Source: Lama guanicoe
Taxonomy: Eukaryota
Direction of reading: 5' to 3'
NCBI GenBank assembly: GCA_013239625.1
Contig: MU053652.1
Location: 4,267,902-4,331,901, forward strand
DNA length: 64,000 nt
Of this stretch, positions 42,501 through 57,430 are shown in pieces. The position numbers were made by a program, and so were the translations under genes. Every line of letters starts with the position of its first letter. Positions within the stretch are counted from its first letter, which is position 1. Under the pieces are notes generated by a model, which did no database searches, was not told where the DNA came from, and saw only the letters and a list, made by a program, of their open reading frames with translations.

Positions 42501-45500
42501 GATTTCTGTAGCTAGGGCTTCCAAAACTATGTTGAATAAAAGTGGTGAGAGTGGGCATCCTTGTGTTGTTCCTGATCTTAGAGGAAATGCTTTCAGCTTT
42601 TCACCATTGAGAATGATGTTAACTATGGGTTTGTTGTATATGGCCTTTATTATGTTGGGGTATGTTCTCTCTATGCCCACTTTCTGGAGAGTTTTTATTA
42701 TAAATGGATGTTGCATTTATCAAAAGCTTTTTCTGCATCTTTTGAGGTGACCATATGGTTTTTATTCTTCAGTTTGTTCATGTGGTGTATCACATTGATT
42801 TGCAGATATTGCAAAAATCCTTACATCCCTGGGATAAATCTTTACCATTTGATCATTGTGTATGATCCTTTTAATGCATCGTTGGAGTCAGTTTGCTACT
42901 ATTTTCTTGAGGATTTTTGCATTTATGTTCAACAGTGATAATGGCCTATAATTTTCTTCTTTTTTTTTTTTTTTTTGGTTTTGTTATATCTTTGTCTGGT
43001 TTTGGTATCAGGGTGATGGTGGCCTCATAGAATGAGTTTGGAAGTACTCCTTCCTCTGCAATTTTTTGGAATAGTTTCAGAAGGATAGATGTTAACTTGT
43101 CGCTAAATGTTTGGTAGAATTTGCCTGTGAAGCCATCTGGTCCTGGACTTTTGTTTGTTGAGAGTTTTTTAAATTAATGATTTGATTTTAGTACTGGTAA
43201 TTGGTCTGTTTATATTATCTGTTTCTTCCTGGTTCAATCTTGGCAAATTCTACCTTTCTAAGAAATTGTCTGTTTCTTCTAGACTGTCCTTTTTGTTGGT
43301 ATATAGTTGCTTATAATAGCCTCTTATGATCCCTTGTATGTCTGTAGTGTTGGTTGTAACTTTCTCCTTTCATTCTGATTTTATTAATTTGGACCCCCTT
43401 TTTTATTGATGAATCTTGCTTAGGGTTTATCAATTTTGTTTATCTTTTCAAAGAACCAGGTTTTAATTTCATTGAACCTCAGGAACCTCAGGAAACAAGA
43501 AAAATCTCAAGTAACCTGACTTTATATGTAAAGCAACTAGGGAAAGAAGAACAAACAAAATCCAAAGTTAGTAGAAGGAAAGAAATCATAAAGATTAAGC
43601 AGAAATAAATGAATTATTTTTAATTCTTGAGGAACCTTCATAATGTTTTCCATAGTGTCTGCACTATTTTATATTCCCATCAACAATGCACAAGAGTTCC
43701 AGTAACTCCATGTCTTTGCCAACACATTTTCTGTTTTTTCAATATTGACCATCTTAACGGGTGTAAAATGATGTCAAATTGTGGTTTTAATTTACATTTC
43801 CTTGATGATTAGTGTGATGTTGAGCATCTTTTCATGCTTGTTGGCCATTTCTGTACTGTCTTTAGAGAAATGTCTTTTTTCAAGACCTTTGCCCAATTGA
43901 AAATTGGGTTATTTGATTTTTTTGTTGTTGAGTTGTAGGAATTCTTTGAATATTCTGGATACTAGCCCCTTATCAGTTACATAGTTTGCAGATTTTTCCC
44001 CCCATTCCATAGGTACTTTCTCATTCTGTTGATTATTTCCAATCGCACAGAAATTTTGAAGTTAGATGTAGTTCCATTTGTCTTGTTTTTGCTTTTGTTT
44101 CTTGTGGTTTTGGTGTAGTACCTATGAAATCATCATCAAATCCAAAGTCGTGAAGTTTCTTGTCCCCAGTGGTTTCTTCTTGGAGTTAATAGTTTCAGGT
44201 CTTACATTTAGTTTTTTAATCCATTGTGAGTTAATTTTTGTGCATAGTGTAAGATACAAGTCTACTTTCTTTTGCGTATGGAAATCCTTTTCCCAACAAT
44301 ATTTCCCATCTTGTAGTTTTCTCATCCTTGCTGAAGATTCCTTGACTGTATTTGCAAGGGTTTATTTCTAGGTGCTCTATTTTGTACCATTGGTCTATAT
44401 CTTTCTTTACACCAGTACCATACTATCTCAGTGGCTATGGTTTTGTAATAAATTTTGGAATCATGAAATGTGAGACCTCCAGTTTTGTTCTTTCTCACTG
44501 TTTGGGATCCCTTAAGATTCCATATGAATTTTCTGATTCTCTTAGGATTTCTGCAAATGAAGTTCTTAGGATTTTGATAGGGATTGCATTGAATCTGTAT
44601 AGCACTTTGAATAGCATTGACAACAGTAGTAATCTTCTAATCCTTGAACCCAGGATGTCTTTTCATTTATTGGTGTCTTCTTTAATTTCTTTCAGCAGTG
44701 TTTTATAGTTTTCAGTGTATAAGTCTTTTTGCTTCCTTGCTTTTATTCCTGAGTATTTTGTTCTTTCTGAAGTTATTGTAAATTCAGTTGTTTTCTTAAT
44801 TTCCTTTTCTAATCATTGATTGTTAGTGTATAAAACAGCTGATTTGAGTGTGTTGATTTTGTATTTTGCAACTTTGTTGAATTCTGTTTCTAACGGGGAG
44901 AATTTTTAGGGTTTTCTACATATAAGATTATGTCATATGTGAGCAGTCATCATTTAGCCTCTTCCTGTCCAACTGGGATGCCTTTTACTTCTTTTTCTTG
45001 CCTAATTGCTCTGGCTGGAATTTCTGGTACTGTGGTGAATAGAAGTGGCAAAAGTGGGCATCTTTGTCTTCTTCCTGAGCTTAGAGTTTTGAAAACTTTC
45101 AGTCTTTGACCACTGAATATGATGTTCATTGTGGGTTTTTCATATATGATCTTTATTATTTTGAGGTAGTTTCCTTTTCCTAGTTTGTTGGGTATCTATC
45201 ATGAAAGGGTGTTAAATTTTGTCAGATGCTTTTTCTGCATTAATTGAGGTGTTTAGGCGTTTTTTCCCCCTTCATTCTGTTAATGTGGTGTATTGCATTG
45301 TTTGATTTTCACATGTTGAACCACCCTTTCATTCCATGAATAAATCCCACTTAGTCATGGTGTATAATCCTTTACTATACTGTTGAATTCAGTTTGCTAC
45401 TTTTTTTTTGATGATTTTTTTTTCATCAGTATTCTTAAGCGATATTGGTCTGTAGATTTTTTTGTTGTTCTTCTGGTATCTCTGTCTGATTTTGGTATCA

Positions 45501-46395
45501 GGGTAATGCTGGCCTCATAGAATGAATTAGAAAATGTTCCTCTCTTTTTCAATTTTTGGGACAAATTTGAGAAGGATTGGTGTTAGTTCTTTAAATTCAC
45601 CAGTAAAGCCATCTGGTCCTGGGCTTTTCTTTGTTGGGAGGTTTTTGATTACTGATTCAGTCTTTTCACTAATCATACTAATATAGTCTATTCAGATTTT
45701 GTTTCTTGATTTAGTCTTGATACCTTGTATGTTTCTGGGAATTTGTCCATTTATCTGGATTATTCAGTTTGTTGGTGTACATTTAGGTGTTCATTGTATT
45801 TCCTATAATTTTTATTTCTGTAAAATTAGTAATGTCTCCATTTTCATTTTGTTTCTCTTTTTTCTTAGTTAAAATCTAGCCACAGCTTTGTCAATTTTAT
45901 TGATCTTTTTGAAGTATTAAATCTTGGTTTTTCTATATTCTGTTTTATTTATCTTTGCTCTCATCTTTATTATTTCCTTCCTTGTGCTAGCTTTGGGTTT
46001 GGTTTCTCCCGACGCACCCCCCCCCCGCCCCTGGCCTTCATATCTCAAGAGATTAAATTAAGTTGTTGATTAGAGGTACTTTTTCTTTTTTTAATTTAAG
46101 TGTACATGAATAGCTATACATTTCCCTCTTAGACTGTTTTCAGTGCATCTCATAAATTTTGGTATGTTGTATTTCTATTTTCTATGTCATAAGATACTTT
46201 CTAATTTCCTTTTTTTGACCATTGGTTATTTAAGGATGTGTTATTGAATTTTTACATATTTGTGAATTTTCTAGTTTTCCTTCTTTTAATTTCTAGTTTC
46301 ATTTCATTGTGATTGGAAAAGATACTTTCTATTTTAGTCTTTGTACATTTGAGACTTGTTTTGTGGCCTAACAACTGGTCTATCCTGGAGAAGTT
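39595..46395 (-). mobile_element. Older L1 (39595-40132 and 43615-46395) interrupted by a younger L1 (40381-43614)
   Basis: ORF2 remnants include 42483..42716 ([25 protein letters not shown]) and 41681..42001. The host L1 sequence resumes in register at 43615. Confidence 0.85.
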
Positions 46396-48384
46396 TCAGT
46401 CTTCTTGAGGCACATTTCCTGTTTCTTACAGTGGGTCCCAACTGAGAATCTGAATTATTTACCGGGCCCTCTCTTCCTTAGTGGGCTCTGAAGTCCACCT
46501 TTCATCTCTCCAGTCTTCTGAGAAGCTCTTCAACTTCTTAAGCCTCTTGTCTTCCACTTCCAAATAGGCAGATACTTTGAGGGGAAAAAGTGGAGCCAAA
46601 TACTAAATTAGGTTGAACTTTCTACTCTTCACGTTTCCTGTCTGTGGAATCTATGGCCTCATGTTCTGGATGTCTTGGTAGTTTTGATGTCTTCAAACAA
46701 GTTTTTCTTGATATTTAATTCATTTTTTCTACTAGTTTTTGGCTGGAAAATTGGTATAATGCCAGCTAGTGTTGTAAAACCAAAGTTGAAATGCCTGATG
46801 CACGCTACAAACACTGTAACTTCAGGTTATTTGGGAAGCATGCCGGGCATAAAACCAACTCCTGTAAAAAGCTTCACTATACCCTCCAAAAAAAGAAAAA
46901 GTGTAATTTAAATTTTTACAAAAAGGATCTTACAGTAAGATCTGCATATTTGTTCTTTAAATGTATATCTTGGAGATACTTCCATATTAGGAATACAAAT
47001 CCATCTTTATTTTTAAAGGCTGTTCCAAAAGACATGTTAAAAAAATATTCAGACATCATTAAAGGTGCTTGAAAAAGAAATCTTTGCATCCTTACCCACA
47101 GGTTAACAGTTCCCAGGTGGAAAATGTTTTTTTGTTTTGTTTTGACTTTTGGTTCTGCTCTTTTTTTTTTTTTAAACAGACTTCATTTTTTTTAGAGCAG
47201 TTTCAGGTTTACAGCAGAATTGAGCAGAAAATACAGAGTTCCTACAAAGCCCTCCCCACCCACACATATAAACTCCCCTACCCTCAACATCCCTCATCAG
47301 TGTGGTATATTTGGTATAATCGATGAACCAACAGGAACACATTATCAGCCAAAATCCATAGTTTACATTAGAGTTCACTCTTCATGTTGTACATTCTGTG
47401 GGCTTGACAAATACGTAAAGATATGTGGCCACCACTATAGTATCGTAAAGAATAATTTCGTTGCCGTAAAAAATCCCTTGTGCTCCATCTATTCATCCTC
47501 CCTCCCTCTCTCTTCTCAAACCCCTGGAAACCATGATCTTTTTATTGTATCTGTAGCTGTGCCTTTTCCAGAATGTCATTTAGTTGGAATCATACAGTTT
47601 GTAGCCTTTTCAGACTGCCTGTTTTCATTTAGTAATATGTCTTTTAAATTTCTTCCATGTCTTTTATGGCTTGATAGCTTTTTTTTTTTATTTTTCCCCT
47701 ACATATATTTTTAAATTTACATTTATGTACTGTTCATTGTTTCTAAGAATGTTTAGAGCTTTAGCTTTTTAAACTTAAATTGTTATCAAAGGAATAAAGC
47801 CAACCACAAAATAAAAATTAATTCAAAAAGATACATATACCTTGCTATTAACAGCAACATTATTTATAATTGCCAAGATATGGAAGCTTCCTAAGTGCAC
47901 ATCAATAGTTGAATAGATAATGAAGATGCAGCACACATATGTGTAATGGAATACAACTCACTTGTAAGAAAGAAGGATGCTTTGCCATTTGTGGCCCTTC
48001 ATTCACTTTTTTTTTTCACTTCAGAAACTGGAATTTTTAACTGTCAGAGACATTTCCATTACATCAAAAACAACAAAACATCTAGAAACAGCTTAACCAA
48101 GGATGTTACCTATACTCTGAAAGCTGAAATGACACAAAGAATGGAAAGATTTCTTGTGCTCTTGGATTGGAAGAATCAACACTATCAAAATGGCCATACT
48201 ACCCAAAGCAATCCACAGATCCAATGCAACCCCTGTCAAAATACTGACAACATTCCTCACAGAACTAGAACAAACAATTCCAAAATTTATAAGGAACCAC
48301 AAAAGATCCCGAACAGCCAAAGCAATCTTTTGTAGGTTTTTTTGTTTTTGTTTTTTTTTCCTCTTTTTGTTCTCTTTTCTTATG

Positions 48385-50230
48385 GTTTGATGACTGGAGA
48401 AGGTCCTTTAACATTTGTTGTAAAGCTGGTTTGGTGGTGCTGAAATCTTTCAGCTTTTATTTATCTGTGAAGCTTTTGATTTCCCCAAGTCTGAACGAGA
48501 GCTTGTTGGATAGAGTGTTCTTAGTTTTAAGTTTCCCCCTTTCATCACTTTAAATATATTGTGCCACTCCTTTCTGGCCTGTAGAGTTTCTACTGAAAAA
48601 TCAGCCCATAACCTTATGGGAGTTCCCTTATATGTTATTTGTTGCTTTTCTCTTGCTAATTTTCATATTTTCTCCTTATCCTTAATTGTTGTCAATTTGA
48701 TGACTATGTGCCTTGGTGTGTTCCGCTTTGGATCGATCCTTTGTGGTACTTTCTGCGCTTCCTGGACTTGGGTGACTGTTTCCTTTCCTAAGTTGGGGAG
48801 GTTTTCAGTGATTCTTGCTCCAAAAATTTTCTCAGGTCCTTTCTCTCTCTCTTCTCTTTCTGGGATGCGAATGTTAGAGTGTTTCATGTTGTCCCAGAGT
48901 TCTCTTAAACTATTCTCATTCCCTTTTTTTCTTTTTTCTGTTTTCTGTTCGGAAGTAGTGATTTCCACTGATCTGTCTTCTAGCTCACTGATGTGTTCTT
49001 CTGCCTCATTTAGTCTATTCTTGGTTCCCTCTAGTGTGTTATTAATTTCAGTGATTTTATTCTTAAACTCTGGGTATTCTTTATATTTTCCAACTGTTTG
49101 CTAAAGACTTCGCTCTGTGCATCTATACTTCTCTTGAGTTCTCTGAACATCGTCACCATCATTACTGTAAACTCTTTCTCAGATAAATTGCTTATCTCCT
49201 TATCGCTTATTTCTTCTTCTCGGATTTTATCTTGTGCCTTGGCCTGGGAGATACTCCTTTGCATCTGTCTTTCTATGTGTTTGTGGATTCCTTCCACAGG
49301 CTTTGGGATTGTTGTTTTCTTATTTCTAGTATCTGCCCCTGGTGGATGAGGCTAGACTAGATGCTTACGGTTCGTGGCAGGAGGAGCTGGTGCCTGCCCA
49401 CTCCTGAATGAGGCTTGGTCCTGGACGTCTGGTACATAGGGCTTTAGGGCCGTGTCTAGAGGCCTTTGTGGCTTAGGAAGTCTGATGATGGGTGTGGCTG
49501 TGTTCCCACCCTGTATGTTCTGAGACTTCCCTACAGGCTTTTGGATGGGGCTAGGTCTTGATGCTAATGATCCAATCATGATGGCAGCCTCCAGGAAAGC
49601 TCATATAGATGAACACTCCCAGAATGTCCTCTGCCAGCTTTTATGTCCCCTGGGTGAGCCACAGCCGTCCCCCACATCCCGAGAAACCCTCAAAATCCAG
49701 CAGGCAGACCTGGCCCAGGTTCCTATGAAATCACTGCCTCTGCCCTTGGACCTGGCACACGTGAGATTCCGTGTAGACTTCCCAAGCGAATGGAGTCTCC
49801 GTTTCCCCCAGTCCCATGGGGTTCCCAGCACCAAGTCCCACTGGCCTTCAAAACCAGATGTCCTGGGGTCTCCTTCTCTTCCCAGTGCTGGAACCCAGGC
49901 TGGGGAGCCTGACGTGGGGCTTAGAGCTCTCATTCCTGTGGAAGGGCCTCTGCAACTTAACTATTCTTCAGCTTGTGGGTCACCCACGGTGGGGGATGGG
50001 TATGGGGCCCAGTTATATCACGAGCACACCCCTCCTACTGTCCTGCTGTGGTTCCCTCTTTATGTTTCCAGTTGCAGAGGATCTGTGTTTTTGCTATGTT
50101 CCAGTCTTTTTTTTTTTTTTTTTTTTAAAAAAATTTTTTTGATGGTTGTTTAGCATTCACTTGTGGATTTCTTGTAGTTGTGAGGAGAGGCAAGCTCATG
50201 GTCCTGCCACTCTGCCACCTTGACTGGACC
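48385..50230 (-). mobile_element. L1 5'UTR plus ORF1 remnant, antisense to TNPO3
   Basis: ORF 48663..48968 (NENSLRELWDNMKHSNIRI...NLPNLGKE...PRHIVIKL) is ORF1p-like and frameshifted. GC-richer 5'UTR at 49300-50230 with an AAGGTGGCAG (YY1-site-like) start. Confidence 0.85.
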
Positions 50231-50974
50231 CTAATCTTCTGCCCTTCATTTTTCAGATCTCTACTTAGAAGGAGATAGAAATGTTTAAGACAGAAATACA
50301 GATAATAAGAATGATATGATTGGCATGTTTTAGTAGTTTCTGCCCTTCAGATTAAAGCACAGCATGGCACTGGACAGTCAATGGACTTTTTCACCAAGTT
50401 TTTTTTTTTAATTTTTTATTGATTTATCATCATTTTACAATGTTGTGTCAAATTCCAGTGTAGAGTACAATTTTTCAGTCATACATGAACATATATATAT
50501 TCATTGTCACATTTTTTTTCTCTGTGACCAAGGTTCTGACCTGGTGGGTTGACAAGTTAGATTTCACTTGGGAGAAACACTTCATACTAGTTTAATTTAA
50601 TAGGCAATATTGGAGTTTTTTTGTTTGTTTTGTTGTTATATTTTGTTTTTTAAACCGATACAGAAAAATCACACAAAACAAATTTATAACTTGGTGAATT
50701 AAAATATGTCTTTTGAGTGTCTTTTTCTACAGGTTCTCTCTCTCCCTGTATACATTACTTTTGAAGAATCTAGGCTGTTTGACATGTTGAGTTTCCCTAC
50801 AGTCTGGATTTTGTTGATTACATAGTTACGATGCAGTTCTATTTCCCTCTGTATTTCCTGCAAATTGCTAGTTGGATCCAGAGGTTTAATGAGACACATT
50901 GATTCTCTTGTCATTGTGGTATTCTGATCTTTCAGCAGGATGCATGCAGTATCTAACTGTCTATCCTCATGATC

Positions 50975-51300
50975 TACTACTGTGAAACAAATTATCCTCA
51001 AATTTAGTGACTTAAAACAAAAAATATTTCATTGTATCTCATAACTTTTTAGGTCATGAATTTGAGCAAATGCAAGCAAGGCTCTGTGAATGATTCTGCT
51101 CCATGAGACATCCATGTGGTGGATGGGCTGGTCTTGGGATTATAAAATGGCTTAATTTACATACCTGACACTCTGATAGGAATAGCTGGATGACTGCACT
51201 TAGCTGGGCTCCAGTTGCTTTCCAAGTAGTCTTAGATGTCTTTACATTGTCTCTCCAGCAGAGTCTCCATGGTGTCTCTCTAGCAGAGTAGTCTGAGTTG
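50975..51300 (-). mobile_element. MaLR LTR (MLT1-like)
   Basis: ACAAATTATCCTCAAATTTAGTGACTTAAAACAA antisense MLT1 terminus. Confidence 0.6.
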
Positions 51301-51762
51301 TTAATGAAAAGTGTTAAAGACTTTGTGGACATATATTAAAACCACCACAGTAACCAATAAATATTTTGGGAAGATAGTTTGATATATTTTATCATTTATC
51401 CATGAATCTTGCTGGTAGCAGTTATTTCTGTGGTGTTCTAATGGTGATTTTCTATTTCCCTCATTCCTACATTTATTAAGTAGCATTCTTCTGTAAAAAA
51501 GATGTCATATCCTACAAATAACTTCTTCCCAGTTATTTATTCAATTGTTATTCACATCAGTATGGACTCATAGATATTTATTTTATTTTTTAATTATAAT
51601 CCAGTACTATTATAATTTGTTACTACAGTTTTCTATCTTTGGCCATTGGGAGATTTTTCAGGTGGTTCCTATGTCCTTTGGACTTTAGGCTAGTTTTTAA
51701 AATGTTTTTCTGGCCTGCTGTCCTTGTAGAGATGCTATTCTCATTATTCTTTTTTTTTTCTC

Positions 51763-51802
51763 TCTCTCTCTCTGTATACACACACACACACACACACACA
51801 CA
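51763..51802. repeat. (CT)n/(CA)n microsatellite
   Basis: Read directly. Other simple repeats: (TA)n ~39487-39527, T-tract 34548-34583, (TTTGG)n ~54745-54770, (CA)n ~10647-10662. Confidence 0.9.
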
Positions 51803-53749
51803 CGGCATTTGACCTCAATGGCTTATTTTTTATGAAATCAGTTTTTTTGAATTTTTAGAAGGAGGCGTAGTTAGGGATAGTATTTCCAACTTCATAGAGC
51901 TTCCTTTCCTGCTGTTTTGAGATAATATTTACAAATACGTGGTTTGATTTCTAAGATTTGCTAGCTTTGTTACTTTCTCCTTCTCTTTGTCTCTGTTGTA
52001 CTTATCCTGTCTAATTTTGATTCTTTTCACAACAATTTCTCCTAAATTTGGGACTCTGTCCTGGCTTTTCAGTTTTAAGAATTTATGGAGGCTAGACTAT
52101 TCCATCTCCTTAGACCTTACGTAGGCCTCTTTTACTCATTTGCTTTTGGATTGGGCAAAACCTTTTCTGTTTTCAACTATAGTCCTCAGATTGGCCCCCT
52201 GTACGTTCTGGTGAATCCCTGTTGGCTCTTTTGGTGTTCTCTGTTCTTAGATACATTAGATACCCTGTTGTTTCCCTCTGCCACTTTCATGGAAGTTGGA
52301 AGTCCTCGGATCTTAATAGATGTCACTGGTTTGTCCCCATTCACTTATATTTTGGGGTTCTTGGAGATTACTATGTAATACCTAGTTTTGGTGTTAACTT
52401 CCATAGTACTTTCATTTTGCTGTTTAATTGCTCTGTTTTTATGAGGCATTTATGGTGATACTTAGGCTTTGTATTTGCTATTATTTTTAAAAATATCCTT
52501 TGAGCAAAATATATTTTGATGATATATTAAATCATAGATGTGCTTGGTTACTAGATAGATAAATGAATGGCTAAAACTATGGAAGTTTTTTTGTGATGTT
52601 AAGCTAGGGGTAAAAGTACAAAAAGTTAATAAAATACATTTTATCCACAAGGAAGTTAATGTTTCATGCTTATTTTTCACCATTTTGATTGAAAGTAGAG
52701 TTTTATGTCAATAAGGCTATCATTGTGAGTTTTAGGTTCTCTTTTCAGTTTACGTTGGGAAGTTGTACAGGCCATTTATTTTGCCTGTTTCTCTTCCTTG
52801 ATTTCCTATTTATTTTTGGACAGATCTTGAAGAATCATTGGTATTACTCGTGAAGTGCTCTATTTTCTTAAGAAATTGAGTAGGTAAATCTATGTTACTG
52901 TATGTCTTCACATTTGGCTCAGTTCCTGAATTGGGATTGAAAAAAATTTTTCAGTCCATATTGCCAGCCCATTTTAGCCTGCTCCCATGAAGAGGCAGTT
53001 TGATGTAGAATTGGATTAGAATGTATCAGTTGTTAATTCGTTGCCTGCTGTGTACTGCACAAGTTTGTTCCCAAAGTTATCTTTCAAGATAGGACTCCCT
53101 TTTTTATAGATTAACTGTTAGAGACCAGATTTTATGTTTTTTTCTATTTATTATTTCCATAGATGCTCCTGTGAAAGTGATTTTAATAGCATCTATAGCA
53201 CTTTGTCAGATATAAAAACATTAGAAAATAATTGAAGTATGTGAGATAGTTTTTCTGCTGTGTTAATCAGGAACTAAAGATTGAAATATAGGCCTATTGA
53301 GACCAATATGAAATATATCTCATATTTAGAAATATATTAAAATAGCTTCCAGACTCAATTCTCAGAGTGAACAAAGTTTACTTATTTTAAGTGAAAAAGA
53401 GAAGACACATCCAACCTATAGATTGGGTTGGAAGCTGTACAGTGTACATTTTACTTTTAGTAGAAACTTTTGGGTCATTTTTCTTTATGCTCCATACAAT
53501 TAATAATTCTAATCAGCAAGATTAGATCTATTTATTCAATTGATAGCTTTGATGCCTTCCTAGAATCAGAAGATTTTAGGTAATACTTTTGTTGAACATG
53601 GCCTATAAATGTATATTATTGGAAGTTTTGGCTGCATTAGTGGATAATTTAGCCTGTCAGGTTTTTCTTTCATTCTACTTTGATCTAAATAAATTTATAT
53701 ATGTATCGAGGTTATATGGCATTCAAATTGTTTAGAAAAGTAGTTTTAA

Positions 53750-54043
<294 letters not shown>

Positions 54044-54817
54044 TGACATTGCTAGGCCATGTGAAGTAATGTTAACAACTTTATTACACATTCATTGCTA
54101 TATTCTTATAAGTAGATAGAAGATAAAAATTTAAATCTTTTGTACTAATCTTAGAATTCATTTGATTTCAAACTAACTTAAATACCAGAAGTGGGGGAGG
54201 TGGGAGGTGAGTGTAGGTGTTTACAGGCAGGGATGTGCTAGCCTCAGCACCCACCCCGCGCCCCGGCTCCCGCTGTTAAAACTATAGATGATAAAGTACT
54301 GTTCTGGGTCACAGGTCTGCATAGTTGCCTTTTTAAAAAGTCCTTTCTAGACTGATTGACTAGTAGAAGTCTTGTGAATGAAATGATGAACTAGAGCATC
54401 TGGCCTTCCCCCCTTAGACAGGAAAATACATTAGAAAGGAAAACTGAAGCTTCAGTGAAAACATACTCACGTGTGTTCTTTGCCTGGCATAGAAGTGCCC
54501 GTGAAGAAGAAGGAGGCTTTTGCATAAGGCTTCAAGATGGGAAGTGAAAAGAGGAGGGAAATGGCAATCCATTACTTGAGGAGTGAGTCAAAGGGCTGAC
54601 TTTGTCAGTAGCTTTGGCTTTTTTTTGGCAAAGTATAATTTATCTGTCCATGAAGTTCTATGGTATTGCCAAATAAAAGTAAGTATTAATATATTCTGAG
54701 AAAAGTCTATAGTCTGTTCTTTCTGACTTCTTTTTGTTGATTTTTTGGTTTGGTTTGGTTTGGTTTGGTTTTTCATTTTTTAAGGTTAGCATTTAAATCC
54801 CAGTAATTTGCAGTTAG

Positions 54818-55069
<252 letters not shown>

Positions 55070-56504
55070 TAAGTAATTTGTATTGACTCTATGCTAGCAT
55101 TTGGAATTACCATTAACCTACACAGAGAAATTTGTTAGTAATAGCCAGACGTTTGTACTGTTTCCCCAAACTCTTAACATAGGATTATTTTTCATTAACC
55201 TTTGTTAGATTAAAAGAAAATCATTTAAAATTTAAATACAGAAATATATCATGTGGGACATAAAAGACTCTCATAATTTATACACACACACACACTTCTT
55301 GAATTAACTGCAACAGTCTTTCATTGTCTATGGATCACTCTCACTAACTGACATATCAGCAGTTTTATAAAAATATTGTCAGAATGTTTAAAATTATATT
55401 AAATTGAAAGTTATGACTATATGTACTCATACTAGTTGGGGTTTATTTCACGTCTGTAAAAGGAACAGTATTATTTTTAGATATATGGAGCTTGCTGCTT
55501 TGACCATGAGGAGCATTTCCTCATGGTGTTGGCAAGGCAAGATAAGCTTGGTATTTGCTTGCATTTTGGCATTTGGTTAGGAAATTATTTTTGAACACAG
55601 TGAATGTCCTTTTTACCAACTATAGTGTATCATTAAAGCCTTTATATGGATTTTTTTTTGTTTTAAGAAACTTTTTATTAAGAATAATAACACATGCTCC
55701 TTGAAAAAATTCTAGCAGTATGGAAGCTTTCAAAGTAAAAAGTAAATACCTTCCCATCTTCCTATTCCATAAGCTATTTCATAAGCTACACTATTGATGA
55801 TTGGCAGTGTCGCCCTCTAGACTTCCCTTTAAGCATTTTAAAATAAGTAAATGCATATATATTAATATGCATATACCTATGTATTTTTTCAGTCACATGT
55901 AATAACATCTTTCATATACTTAAAAAAATTTTTTTTCTTCCAGTTTTGTTATGTAGAATTATTAGTTTGACTGCACATATACATTATATTACATGTAAAT
56001 ACATATAAGTATACTGTACATTTTTTTAGTTTTTATGTATGTACTAATTATCGTTTCTAAGAACAGATTAGATCTTTAGCTTTTTATATATACTTTTTTC
56101 ACTTAATACATTGTAGACATCTTTTTATGTTATGACATAGAGATACATTCATTATAATGGCTACGTATGTTCTACTGTGTAATGCTTGTAACTTCTAAAT
56201 TTTGTCTAATTATGGATGACCTTTATATTTTCCCAGTATTTTTACTGTTTTTATAGAAAAGTACTGCAGTGCACATCTTTGTATACTTTGCATGTATATG
56301 TGGGATTTTTTGAGAGAGAGATTTCTGGGAATGGAATTGCTGGGTCAAAGATTATTATACAGGTTGAAATTTTGAATTCTAGATGCCTTTCCAAAGAATT
56401 ATATCTATTTTTTATCCCCTTTAACAGTAGTGATAATTCTGCTTTTGTTGTCTTAAGTTATTCTGATGGCTGTTGTTATGTAATTCTGTATTGTTGAACT
56501 CTAA

Positions 56505-56822
<318 letters not shown>

Positions 56823-57246
56823 TAACACTTTACAGCTAAAAATACTTTCAAAAACTATACTTTTTGAGCTTCTAAGTAATACTGCGAGGGTGATGTTATC
56901 TCCATTTTATGAATGAGAAGAAGACTTTAGAAGTATACAACTGCTAATTCAGAATTTGAACTCAGGCCTTCAGATTACGTATTCCTTGCTCTTCTACTTC
57001 ATGCTACAAACTGTAGGCTCTTGATCAAGGACTGTGCTAAGGGAAGTGTGTATAAGTTTACTTTTCTTAAGGAAAAGATCCTCTCTTAAGGATAAATTGA
57101 GATTTTGATAGGGTGGTGGTACAGATGTTTACTTGACCTTAGAGTGGTATCACAGTTATAGATTAGCTAATACTACACCATCTTTTAAAAAAGAGTTAAA
57201 TGTGATAACATCCTTTTTGATTAGGTGGAAATTTTAATGCTCTAGA

Positions 57247-57430
57247 CCAGGGTGGATCAATTTACGACCCATGGGTTTGTCACCCAGTTTTGTAACTCAA
57301 GTTTTATTGGTACACAGCCATGCCCATTCAGTTACATGTTGTCTGTGTCCGTAATTTTGGGCTAAAATGGCAGAATTGAGTAGGTTTCACAGATACACAT
57401 GGTCTACAAAGCCTAAAATATGTGCTGATT
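57247..57430. mobile_element. MER58-like hAT DNA transposon relic
   Basis: AAGTTTTATTGGTACACAGCCATGCCCATTC...GGCAGAATTGAGTAG...CAAAGCCTAAAATAT. Confidence 0.7.

Noticed and set aside
48559..50153. Long plus-strand ORFs of 181 and 202 aa
   Set aside because: They are antisense readings of L1 ORF1 and the 5'UTR, with non-ATG starts and no homology I can recognise.
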